A stretch of 64,000 nt of DNA from an uncultured Thiomicrospira sp. (GCA_965195345.1 OZ239628.1:1536001-1600000), one strand, 5' to 3'; counted from the stretch's first letter, positions 32,687 through 43,332 are shown. The notes: generated by a model not told the origin, from the letters alone. Numbers and translations are program-made.

Positions 32687-35600
32687 ATGTTAAAAATATT
32701 TAGTTACGATATTGGTAGTAATAGTTTAGGGTGGAGTTATCTTCATAGACCCACTGAATACAATAAAGAAATAACAGGCGAACTAATTGATTGTGGTGTC
32801 AGGATTTTCCTTGAAGCTGCGCAAGAAGGAAAACCACCTAAAAACGCTGACCGCCGAAAATATAGACTATTGCGCCGTGTTATTCAAAGACGTGCGAGGC
32901 GGAAAGAAAAATTAGAGAACATTTTAATTAAAAACGATTTGCTTCCTGAGCACGTTAAAGATGCAAAACAAAGAGAGCGTTGCTTGAACGAATTAGGCAA
33001 TCCTTATACACTTCGAGCTAATGCTTTAGATAATCGACTTAAACCTTATGAGTTAGGTCGCGCCATCTTACACATTGGACAGCGCCGAGGCTTCTTGAGT
33101 ACTAAAAAAAATATTCTGGGAGATCTTGCCAATAATCCCGATATGATTGATTTGATGGACGACCAAGACGATTTGGAATATCTTGATGAAAGTCAACAAA
33201 AAGAAGAAACTGCATTTAAAGAATCGATCACAAAACTCAATGAAAAAATAAAGGATGCAAACGCTCGTACCTTAGGTGAATTCTTACACTTCCATCTACA
33301 GGATCCAAATAATCATTCTCGTAACCGAAATCATGCGCATGAAGATTTCTTGCGTACTGAGCGCAAAATGTATGAAGATGAATTGGCGCTTCTTTTCAAA
33401 AAACAAAAAGACCATCACAGCGCATTGACCAACCAATTTATAAAAGAAATAACAGATACAATATTTTTTCAACGCCCGCTCAAACTGAAAAAAAATCGCA
33501 TCGGCAAGTGTAGTCTTGAAAAGTCTCGATATCGTTGCGCTCTTGCACGACTTGAAGCGCAGCGTTTCAGATATATGAGCTTCATCGGCAATATTCGCTA
33601 TAACGGAGAATTTGGAAAAGAGGAACCGTTGACCCAAGAGCAACGAAAAGCCTTACACAATCTTTTTGAAAAAAATCCAAAAGTAACCATTACTAAATTT
33701 CGTCAAGCCGTTGGTTTTAATACCCGTGTGAAAATAAATTATTCAACAGCAGACTTTTCTAAACAAGCCATAGGCAACACGACGGCTTGCGCCATAGCAA
33801 AAGTATTTGAAGATTTTGATAAACAAGCCATAAAAAGCAACTCCACAGCTTGCGCCATAGAAAAAAAATGGGGCAACCTATCGCCTGCCAAACAAACCGC
33901 TTTGGTTGAGGATTTATTAACGATTAGATCAAAAAAAGCACTGTTCAACAGGCTACACTCAAAATGGGAGTTTGATCGTGATTTGAGCTTGAGATTGTGT
34001 ACAGTTACTCTTGACCCCAAACACTCGAATCTCTCCTTAAAAGCCATTAATAAAATACTTCCGCATTTGGAAAATGGTCATACCCTTAGTTGCGCAATAA
34101 ATCAGGCAAAATACGAGAAAAAATTAGATGATAATACAAAAATCAATGATCAAAAAGATTCATTAGATAAACTGCCCCTCCCCCCCGTTTTACCAAACCC
34201 AATCGTTAATCGTGGTATGAGCGAATTACGTCGCGTAGTAAATGCCATGATTTTAGAATTCGGCAAACCCGACCTGATTTGTATAGAGTTGGCAAGAGAC
34301 ATTGTGCAATCGAAAAAAAGTAGAAATGCCATAAAAAAACAAAATGATCGTAATGCAAAAATGAACGATGAAGCTAAAAGTGAATACGAAGTGTATGCCT
34401 CCAAACATCGATTAAGCCCTTACGCAAATAGAGAACAAAAATTGAAGTATCGCTTGTGGAAAGATCAAGATTATCAATGCATTTACAGCAATGAGAAAAT
34501 TTCAATAAATCAGCTATTTTCAGCAGAAATTGAAATTGATCACATTGTGCCCCTAAGCAAGAGCCTAGATGATTCTTATATGAATAAAGTTGTTTGTTTT
34601 TCAAATGAAAACAGAACCAAAGGACAACGAACACCTATAGAGGCTTTTGGAGGGAATGATCAAAAATGGCAAGATATAACACATTCATTAAAAGAGTGGA
34701 GCGATGATTTAACATCAAAAAGAAAACGTTTTTATATGACAAAAGAACAAATGAACGAGCATGACTTTACCAAGGCTCAATTAGTTAACAGCGGTTATCT
34801 CGCACGCGAAGCCCATAAATACCTTAAACAACTGGGGGTAGAAGTATTACCTACAAAAGGGCGAGCTGTTAGCTGGCTCCGCGCACAATGGGATCTCAAC
34901 CGTCTTATTAGTGAGGATACGACGAAAAACCGCGAAGATCACCGACACCATGCTATAGATGCGTGTGTGATTGCGCTAACAAACCGTTCACTTTATCAAC
35001 ACCTTGCTAACAACGCAGAAGATGTTGAACAAGGCAGAAAGACTCGCTATAAAGCGCCCGATTTGAGTGACCACCTGAAAAAAACACTAACAGATAAAAT
35101 AGATAAACTTATCATCTCACACCAAGTCATGCGTAAAGTAAAAGGTGCCCTTCATAAGGAAACAGGGCGTGGCTATAATGAACGCCTTAAGATTGCCTAC
35201 TCGCGTAAGCGCGTAGATAAAGATCTTTCAGTCAAAGATATTATTGATCCAATAGTTAAAGAACAAGTACTCCAACATATTCAAAACCATGACGGTGACG
35301 TAAAAAAAGCATTTGCTGAAACAGTATTCCACAAAGATGGAAAAACACCCATTCATCGAGTGCGAATCATTAGTGGATCAAATCTATCCCCTGAAAAAAA
35401 TGCAAAAACTAAACTTGGTATTAAAAGAAAAGGCGCAAATAATGAAATATTCCGTTGGATGAACTATGGAAATACGCATTGTGTGCATGTTTATCAAATA
35501 CAAGACAAATTAAATTGCAAGTTTATCACTTCTTGGGAAGCGGCACAAAAAACAAGAGGAAACCGCCTTCAAATACCCATCAACATTAAGGAAAATCAAA

Positions 35601-35824
35601 ATTTTTTAATGACACTTTATAAAAATGATACTGTACGCATTGCTGGCGAATTGTATCGCGTTCAAAAATTAGATTTACAAAGTAAAAGAATAACTGTGAG
35701 AAAAATACGCGAAGCAACAATAGACAATAAAGAGACAATGTTGCATAAAACCGTTGTTAAGTTTGTTGAAGAAGGGATGAAAAAAGTCAGGATTAATGTG
35801 TTGGGAAAAATAATAGCAAGGTAA
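32687..35824 (+). CDS. cas9: Type II-C CRISPR-associated endonuclease Cas9 (about 1045 aa)
   Basis: RuvC-I YDIGSNSLGW, Arg-rich bridge helix, RuvC-II IELARD, HNH EIDHIVP...NKV...N..KG.RTP, RuvC-III HHAIDA; start at ATG 32687. Confidence 0.97.
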   Translation: MLKIFSYDIGSNSLGWSYLHRPTEYNKEITGELIDCGVRIFLEAAQEGKPPKNADRRKYRLLRRVIQRRARRKEKLENILIKNDLLPEHVKDAKQRERCLNELGNPYTLRANALDNRLKPYELGRAILHIGQRRGFLSTKKNILGDLANNPDMIDLMDDQDDLEYLDESQQKEETAFKESITKLNEKIKDANARTLGEFLHFHLQDPNNHSRNRNHAHEDFLRTERKMYEDELALLFKKQKDHHSALTNQFIKEITDTIFFQRPLKLKKNRIGKCSLEKSRYRCALARLEAQRFRYMSFIGNIRYNGEFGKEEPLTQEQRKALHNLFEKNPKVTITKFRQAVGFNTRVKINYSTADFSKQAIGNTTACAIAKVFEDFDKQAIKSNSTACAIEKKWGNLSPAKQTALVEDLLTIRSKKALFNRLHSKWEFDRDLSLRLCTVTLDPKHSNLSLKAINKILPHLENGHTLSCAINQAKYEKKLDDNTKINDQKDSLDKLPLPPVLPNPIVNRGMSELRRVVNAMILEFGKPDLICIELARDIVQSKKSRNAIKKQNDRNAKMNDEAKSEYEVYASKHRLSPYANREQKLKYRLWKDQDYQCIYSNEKISINQLFSAEIEIDHIVPLSKSLDDSYMNKVVCFSNENRTKGQRTPIEAFGGNDQKWQDITHSLKEWSDDLTSKRKRFYMTKEQMNEHDFTKAQLVNSGYLAREAHKYLKQLGVEVLPTKGRAVSWLRAQWDLNRLISEDTTKNREDHRHHAIDACVIALTNRSLYQHLANNAEDVEQGRKTRYKAPDLSDHLKKTLTDKIDKLIISHQVMRKVKGALHKETGRGYNERLKIAYSRKRVDKDLSVKDIIDPIVKEQVLQHIQNHDGDVKKAFAETVFHKDGKTPIHRVRIISGSNLSPEKNAKTKLGIKRKGANNEIFRWMNYGNTHCVHVYQIQDKLNCKFITSWEAAQKTRGNRLQIPINIKENQNFLMTLYKNDTVRIAGELYRVQKLDLQSKRITVRKIREATIDNKETMLHKTVVKFVEEGMKKVRINVLGKIIAR

Positions 35825-35827
35825 CTC

Positions 35828-36742
35828 GTGATTAAAAGAATCATTGATATTGCCCAACCAAGTATGCTTTCAATAAAGAACAATCAATTATGTATTCAGC
35901 AAAACAAAGAGATTGTTAGCCAAACCCCTGTAGAAGATCTCGGTATATTGATTTTTTCACATTATGCTATTACATTATCATCTTATGTCATTAGCAAATG
36001 CCAAGAGAATAATGTAGTGGTCATCTTCTGCGATAAGAGAATGCTCCCCTGCTCCGTGTTCCTCCCTATATTTCAAGCAAACAATTTGCACCATAAAGTA
36101 CTCCAGCAACAGATGAATGCTTCGGTAACAAAGCACAAACAACTTTGGAAACAAGTCGTTACTCATAAAATAGATCAACAGTCTAAGACATTGAAAAAAC
36201 TTAATAGGCCGACTGCGTATTTACAACGGGTGATGAAAAACATTCTAACAGGCGATCGAACAAACGTTGAAGCACAAGCTGCACAATATTACTGGAAACA
36301 TTTGTTTGGAAAACCCTTTAAGCGCGACACAGCCCTTGATGGGTACAATCAACTATTCAATTACGGCTACGCTATAGCACGTTCAATGGTTGCGCGCGCG
36401 TTATGTGGCGCAGGGCTTCACCCTACCATTGGTATATTTCATCGCAATCAAAACAATGGGCTATGTTTAGCCGATGATTTAATTGAACCTTTTCGTCCTT
36501 GGGTTGATTATCTAATTGTTACACATCTCAATGATTGCGATAATGCAACAGTCGATAAGCTTTTCAAGTCTCGGATTCTTTCGTTACCTGCACTGCAAAT
36601 CCAGTATAAAAGCAAACGCATGCCATTGATGGTTGCTCTGCATTATTTAATGGCAGATTTCAAAGAAGGATTGAGCAGACCTCTAAAATTGGAGTATCCA
36701 CAATGGGATCGAGACATCACCGAGTGGTTTACGGAGGATTAG
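35828..36742 (+). CDS. cas1: Type II CRISPR-associated integrase Cas1
   Basis: PVEDLG, EAQAAQYYW, N..FNYGYA..R, GIFH.N..N...LADDLIEPFRP. Confidence 0.97.
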   Translation: MIKRIIDIAQPSMLSIKNNQLCIQQNKEIVSQTPVEDLGILIFSHYAITLSSYVISKCQENNVVVIFCDKRMLPCSVFLPIFQANNLHHKVLQQQMNASVTKHKQLWKQVVTHKIDQQSKTLKKLNRPTAYLQRVMKNILTGDRTNVEAQAAQYYWKHLFGKPFKRDTALDGYNQLFNYGYAIARSMVARALCGAGLHPTIGIFHRNQNNGLCLADDLIEPFRPWVDYLIVTHLNDCDNATVDKLFKSRILSLPALQIQYKSKRMPLMVALHYLMADFKEGLSRPLKLEYPQWDRDITEWFTED

Positions 36743-37053
36743 ACAGCATGTGGGTTATCGTACTTTTCGATTTACCAACAGATACCAAGAAAGCACGCAG
36801 ACAATACACGCTATTTCGCAAGCACCTATTAAACGATGGTTTCACCATGATGCAGTATTCAGTTTATATGCGCCACAGTGCGAGCGATGAAAATGCTGAA
36901 GTTCATGTAAAGAGAGTAAAGCAAACATTACCTCCCGATGGAGAAGTGCGAATTATAAAAATTACTGATAAGCAGTTCTCACGTATTCAAGTATTTTATG
37001 GGAAAAACCGCAAACCCATCGAACAAGCCCCATCACAATTATCACTTTTATGA
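36703..37053 (+). CDS. cas2: CRISPR-associated protein Cas2
   Basis: MWVIVLFDLPT, FRK.LL.DGF.MMQYSVY.R, ITDKQF; alternative start ATG 36748 has GGAGG upstream. Confidence 0.97.
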   Translation: MGSRHHRVVYGGLDSMWVIVLFDLPTDTKKARRQYTLFRKHLLNDGFTMMQYSVYMRHSASDENAEVHVKRVKQTLPPDGEVRIIKITDKQFSRIQVFYGKNRKPIEQAPSQLSLL

Positions 37054-37103
37054 CAATCTTAACGGGGCTAAATTTAACAAAATCAAATATTTACAACAAC
37101 TCA

Positions 37104-39981
37104 GATTATAACTGATAGGAATCTGACTGCAAATCACAACTACAAACGTATACGAAGACCTTTTGAGAAGATTATAACTGATAGGAATCTGACTGCAAAT
37201 CACAACTCTCAGAATTACAGCTCCGTAATTCCTCACGATTATAACTGATAGGAATCTGACTGCAAATCACAACCTCCAGACAAGACTATGTTATTCAGTC
37301 GGTGATTATAACTGATAGGAATCTGACTGCAAATCACAACAGACAAAGTGCCACCGCCATCAGCGCAAGAGATTATAACTGATAGGAATCTGACTGCAAA
37401 TCACAACCGGATATACGGCTGTTAATAAACGTTAGCTGATTATAACTGATAGGAATCTGACTGCAAATCACAACCTCTAAGGGTGTGCATGATGATATTG
37501 TGGAGATTATAACTGATAGGAATCTGACTGCAAATCACAACTGAGCGGCGACAGCGTAATTGTGCTTTCTGGATTATAACTGATAGGAATCTGACTGCAA
37601 ATCACAACTTTGACAAATACCTCCCCGATTGCAACCATGATTATAACTGATAGGAATCTGACTGCAAATCACAACACGTTAATACCTTTAATCACTTTAT
37701 TTTTTGATTATAACTGATAGGAATCTGACTGCAAATCACAACGCTAAGCAGGTTGTAGAAAAACCTGATATGGATTATAACTGATAGGAATCTGACTGCA
37801 AATCACAACTCTTCTAATGTCACTACTGCCATTGTTCTTGATTATAACTGATAGGAATCTGACTGCAAATCACAACTATTATAACTCACTCCCATTGGTT
37901 TAGCAGATTATAACTGATAGGAATCTGACTGCAAATCACAACTATGAATAATCCAGCTTACACCTACAGAGAGATTATAACTGATAGGAATCTGACTGCA
38001 AATCACAACTTGTGTTGATGATTTGGCACTTGAAATTTTGATTATAACTGATAGGAATCTGACTGCAAATCACAACAAAAATGACGCAAGAAGAATTTAA
38101 CGATTTGATTATAACTGATAGGAATCTGACTGCAAATCACAACCTGTAGTTTAGTAGGTATTTGTTGCTGCGGGATTATAACTGATAGGAATCTGACTGC
38201 AAATCACAACAATGAACAGTAAAACCCAGTTCAGCATCTGGATTATAACTGATAGGAATCTGACTGCAAATCACAACTTGTGTATGTGTCTATCAATTGT
38301 TGAACAGATTATAACTGATAGGAATCTGACTGCAAATCACAACAGCCAAGCACAAACATATCAGTCCCTTTGGGATTATAACTGATAGGAATCTGACTGC
38401 AAATCACAACTTGAGCATAGGCAGTAGCAAAAAGGAAGTAGATTATAACTGATAGGAATCTGACTGCAAATCACAACTGAAACAGCTGTGGTATCTTTTT
38501 CAGTGATGATTATAACTGATAGGAATCTGACTGCAAATCACAACTTGTGGCCAATGGGAGCGTTACTTCATAGCGATTATAACTGATAGGAATCTGACTG
38601 CAAATCACAACTACAAAGGTAATCTCACAAAAAGTCAAACTGATTATAACTGATAGGAATCTGACTGCAAATCACAACTCAAAATCAAGAATGATGCGAC
38701 TGGAACATGATTATAACTGATAGGAATCTGACTGCAAATCACAACTCTACAAAGGTTCTTTTATATCTATGGAAAGATTATAACTGATAGGAATCTGACT
38801 GCAAATCACAACCATTTTAGTCGTCTTTAATCATGGAGTGCGGATTATAACTGATAGGAATCTGACTGCAAATCACAACTTCTTCCGTGACCACCCTCTA
38901 CTGCAATTTGATTATAACTGATAGGAATCTGACTGCAAATCACAACTTATTGAAAAAATACATCGACCGCTGTAGTGATTATAACTGATAGGAATCTGAC
39001 TGCAAATCACAACTATGCTCACAAAACTATCAAACAGCCATTTGATTATAACTGATAGGAATCTGACTGCAAATCACAACTGTTACTGAAGAAGATAGGC
39101 TAATTATCTGGATTATAACTGATAGGAATCTGACTGCAAATCACAACAAGAGGTTGTGTTTAATGGAATATTTACCTGATTATAACTGATAGGAATCTGA
39201 CTGCAAATCACAACTGTTACTGAAGAAGATAGGCTAATTATCTGGATTATAACTGATAGGAATCTGACTGCAAATCACAACAAGAGGTTGTGTTTAATGG
39301 AATATTTACCTGATTATAACTGATAGGAATCTGACTGCAAATCACAACTAAGCATTTGCGCACTAAAAGAAGCCCTGCGATTATAACTGATAGGAATCTG
39401 ACTGCAAATCACAACTCTCAGCCTTTGGCGTGTCATTTATTTTCTGATTATAACTGATAGGAATCTGACTGCAAATCACAACTAAGTAGAAGGTGCTATT
39501 CGCAGATGAATAGATTATAACTGATAGGAATCTGACTGCAAATCACAACGGGGGTGGGCGTGTGCGTTTTCAAAACCAAGATTATAACTGATAGGAATCT
39601 GACTGCAAATCACAACACTAAGAACTAACGCAAATTCTACAACCGAGATTATAACTGATAGGAATCTGACTGCAAATCACAACTGTGACATTAGTCGGGG
39701 TGGCAGGAGTGGGGATTATAACTGATAGGAATCTGACTGCAAATCACAACTGGTTAGGATAATGGGATTTAGAAAAGAAGACTTTGCGCGCATGCAAACA
39801 ATCGAGCGTGCTTTTATTTTAAAAACAATTGCCGAATAATCTCGACAAGCGAACGGTAAAAGATAACGATGCACACGAGCATTCCAAGTATTATTAACTC
39901 CATTAGAGGGATTGTAGCATGAATGATTTAAGAGTTAATATTGAGATTATAACTGGTAGGAATCTGACTGCAAATCACAAT
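37104..39981 (-). CRISPR. CRISPR array: 41 repeats of 37 nt (+ strand GATTATAACTGATAGGAATCTGACTGCAAATCACAAC), 39 spacers of 29-30 nt plus one 194-nt interval
   Basis: 40 identical repeats from 37104 to 39750 counted by hand; terminal repeat 39945-39981 has 2 substitutions; strand inferred from tracr complementarity and GTTGTG...TATAATC orientation. Confidence 0.98.
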
Positions 39982-40104
39982 CTCGCAGTTAAAGCAATAC
40001 CTATAAGGTCAGGTAATAACTTATCATCTTTCATTTCCTGAATAACGTTTTCTTTTTGCCATCTCAAGTTAAATCGTGGACAATATGCATATTACCAAAA
40101 TCAT

Positions 40105-40136
40105 AAAAAACGGGGGTTTTTCCTTCAAAAACCCCC
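40105..40136 (-). terminator. Rho-independent terminator-like hairpin
   Basis: GGGGGTTTTT-CCTTC-AAAAACCCCC 10-bp stem with an A6 run on its left, giving a U-tract on the minus strand. Confidence 0.6.
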
Positions 40137-40165
40137 ACTAAATAGACTGGAGCAGTTTTATCAGC

Positions 40166-42727
40166 ATGACCACCCATACTCCTATGATGCAGCAGTACCT
40201 ACGGATAAAAGCTGATCATCCAGATATGCTGTTGTTTTATCGTATGGGCGATTTCTATGAATTATTTTTTGACGACGCTAAACGTGCTAATAGCCTTCTT
40301 GATATTACGTTAACGCACAGAGGGAAATCTAGTGGTGAACCCATCCCAATGGCTGGCGTTCCCTATCATAGCGTCGATAATTATTTGAGTCGCTTGCTTG
40401 AATTAGGTGAGTCAATCGTCATTTGTGAACAGGTTGGGGAGGTCACAGGAAAGGGCCCTGTTGAACGCCAAGTTACTCGCATCATCACTCCTGGCACTTT
40501 AATTGATGAAAACCTTTTAAAAAATTCAAGCGCAAATTATTTATTAAGCGCTTGGTGTGAGAATAACATTTGGGGCTGTGCTTGGTTGGATTTATCAAGT
40601 GGCGAATTTTGTTGCAAACAGGTTGACGATAAGCTTCAACTTGAAGCTGAAATTGAGCGCATGCACCCACAAGAGATATTAATCACTTATGAGCATGCAC
40701 TATTGCTAAAAAACGAGCGTGTGCACAACATTCCCGAATGGTGGTTTGATAAAGATAACGCTTTCAATGTCTTATGCAAACAATTTAAAACGCATGACCT
40801 ATCTGGATTCGGCGTCAACGAGAAGCCTTTGGCTTTGATGTGTGCAGGAGCTGCTTTAATATACGCGAAAGAAATGCATCGGACTTCGCTGGCACATATA
40901 AATACCATTCAAGTTGAAAACAATAACGAGTACGTCTATCTTGATGCTGTTTGTAGACGTAACCTTGAAATTGAATATAACTTGCAAGGCACACGGCTTC
41001 ATACATTAATGGCCGTTCTTGATAATACCCAGACCCCCATGGGGAAAAGACTTTTAAATCAATGGATTAATGCTCCTTTGAGAAGCAACTCAATACTAAT
41101 GCAACGTTTAAATTCCATTGAAAGTATGATGCAAAATGAGCAAAGTCCTAAGATACGCCATTTACTAAAATCATTTGGGGACATTCCACGAATATTAACA
41201 CGTATAGCCCTCGAAACAGCAAGACCTCGCGATCTCTCGCAATTAAGACTGGCGCTTGATAACATTCCCATCCTAAATGATCTTTTACAACCATGTATTG
41301 AGTCAATTAATCCTTTGAAGTCTTGTCCTGAAGTACTTGAATTATTACAAAAATCAATAGTTGAAGAACCGCCTGTACTGATTCGCGATGGAGGCGCTAT
41401 TAAGAAAGGTTTCAATGAAGAGCTGGATGACTTGCGTACATTACGCGAAAATGCTGCAGAATATTTGTTAAAACTTGAAGGAGAAGAAAAAGAACGAACA
41501 AACAACCCCAATCTGCGTGTTAGTTACAATCGCGTGCACGGCTATTACATTGAAATATCTCATGGTTTCAAAGGAGAAATACCAGCACACTATCAGCGCA
41601 GACAAACACTTAAAAATGCGGAGCGTTATATCACTCCCGAGTTGAAAAGTTTTGAGGACAAAGTATTAAGCGCGAATGAAAAGGCATTAGCGCTTGAGAA
41701 AAAACTGTTTATTGAAGTTCAAGGCAGCATTTTCAAGCATCTTAAGCTATTACAAGAGATTGCCAATCATTTTGCGTTAATCGACGTTTATTCAACGTTA
41801 GCCGAGCGCGCAACAACATTAAACTGGAACAAACCAGAATACGTAGACGACATATGTATGGACATAAAAGAAGGCAGACATCCTGTTGTGGAAGAGTCCC
41901 TCAATGAAAATTTTATTCCAAATGACTGCCACCTTGATCCTGATAAATCTTTACTGCTGATTACAGGACCTAATATGGGAGGAAAGTCGACTTATATGCG
42001 CCAAACGGCACTCATTGCTTTGCTTGCACGCAGTGGCTCTTATGTTCCAGCCAAGCATGCAAAAATAGGCAATATAGACCGTATATTTACGCGAATAGGA
42101 GCGTCCGACGATCTGGCATCCAATCGATCCACTTTTATGGTTGAGATGACAGAAACAGCCAATATTTTAAATAATGCCACGAAGCATTCTTTGATTTTAA
42201 TGGACGAAATTGGTCGCGGGACATCAACATTTGATGGATTATCTTTAGCATGGGAATGTGCTGTTTCCTTGATACAGAGGAAGGCTTTATGTTTATTTGC
42301 CACACACTATTTTGAATTAACCGCTTTAGCTCGTTCTTACGACAATGTGAATAATGTGCACCTAAAAGCAATCGAATACAAAAATGAAATTCGTTTCCTT
42401 TATCACATCGAGAATGGAGCAACCAATCAATCGTATGGTTTACAAGTTGCCCAGCTTGCAGGCATACCCCAAAAGGTTATTAAGGCGGCAAGCAAGAAGC
42501 TTTGTGAATTAGAAAATCAAAATGTAAAAATAAACAACCAACTTGACCTTTTTGTTTCTTCGGATGCGGCATTACCATTGGAGAAACAAGATAGCATTGA
42601 TGACAAGGTGCAGCCTATCATAGATGAAATAAAATCAATACAACTCAATAGTCTTTCGCCTTTACAAGCTCTGAATATTTTGTCGGACATTCAAGAAAAA
42701 ATTGAAAAAGTCAATAATGAAATATAG
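40166..42727 (+). CDS. mutS: DNA mismatch repair protein MutS
   Basis: [45 protein letters not shown]. Confidence 0.99.
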   Translation: MTTHTPMMQQYLRIKADHPDMLLFYRMGDFYELFFDDAKRANSLLDITLTHRGKSSGEPIPMAGVPYHSVDNYLSRLLELGESIVICEQVGEVTGKGPVERQVTRIITPGTLIDENLLKNSSANYLLSAWCENNIWGCAWLDLSSGEFCCKQVDDKLQLEAEIERMHPQEILITYEHALLLKNERVHNIPEWWFDKDNAFNVLCKQFKTHDLSGFGVNEKPLALMCAGAALIYAKEMHRTSLAHINTIQVENNNEYVYLDAVCRRNLEIEYNLQGTRLHTLMAVLDNTQTPMGKRLLNQWINAPLRSNSILMQRLNSIESMMQNEQSPKIRHLLKSFGDIPRILTRIALETARPRDLSQLRLALDNIPILNDLLQPCIESINPLKSCPEVLELLQKSIVEEPPVLIRDGGAIKKGFNEELDDLRTLRENAAEYLLKLEGEEKERTNNPNLRVSYNRVHGYYIEISHGFKGEIPAHYQRRQTLKNAERYITPELKSFEDKVLSANEKALALEKKLFIEVQGSIFKHLKLLQEIANHFALIDVYSTLAERATTLNWNKPEYVDDICMDIKEGRHPVVEESLNENFIPNDCHLDPDKSLLLITGPNMGGKSTYMRQTALIALLARSGSYVPAKHAKIGNIDRIFTRIGASDDLASNRSTFMVEMTETANILNNATKHSLILMDEIGRGTSTFDGLSLAWECAVSLIQRKALCLFATHYFELTALARSYDNVNNVHLKAIEYKNEIRFLYHIENGATNQSYGLQVAQLAGIPQKVIKAASKKLCELENQNVKINNQLDLFVSSDAALPLEKQDSIDDKVQPIIDEIKSIQLNSLSPLQALNILSDIQEKIEKVNNEI

Positions 42728-43332
42728 TCTATTCACAATCCGCAATTTTGATATTAAACTTAACAAGAATCACAGAGATATTTCCGAGCACCAAGAATTT
42801 CACGTACGCTAATTCAGTGAAAGGTCACTGTTTAAAATAATCTCTAGCGTGCGCTTTAGGCATCCAGCCCGCCAGTGCGCGAAAACGAAGCGCTTGATAA
42901 TTGCGCCAAATAGGTAAAACCAACAAAATTGCAAATAACTTTTTAGGCATTGACCAACTTATATCAGAAGGACAACTACTCCACCACCGGTTATTAACGC
43001 CGAAATGTTTTGTTTTCAACAATAGATGCACGACAAACTTCCAGTTATTTGAAAAATAATGAAGTTTTTTAATCATCGATCTACCGCTCTAAAAGTTACT
43101 AAAATGCTGGTTTCATGTCCAATCATAGATAACACATGGAATAACCGAGGGGATGAGAGATAAGGCATTTAGAGGATTATATCCTAAAAGCATACCTGCA
43201 CTATTTTAACATTCTTTCTATATATCACCTTCATGATAAGATCTCATCAGACCACCAAATTACTCCAATATTAAGGATGTGCTTTTCAAATTTACAAAAC
43301 TGTAATGCAACAATGGTAGAATCTGTCAAGTT

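Noticed and set aside
37048-37236. 62-aa ORF with repeated VVICSQIPISYNL
   Set aside because: Translation of CRISPR repeats
37676-37705. Spacer sharing AATCACTTTATT with ssb (possible self-targeting)
   Set aside because: Only about 12 nt match; no full protospacer seen in the window by eye, though a computed search is still needed
39910-39944. GATTGTAGCA as a decayed CRISPR repeat inside the long spacer
   Set aside because: Similarity ends after about 10 nt and the spacing does not fit the 67-nt period
32480-40050. Imperfect direct repeat (20 of 28 nt) at 32480-32507 and 40023-40050 flanking the CRISPR-Cas module
   Set aside because: Low-complexity AT-rich match plausible by chance; not credible as att sites or a target duplication
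42825-43076. 83-aa minus-strand ORF after mutS
   Set aside because: No recognisable motif or RBS; cannot be supported as a gene
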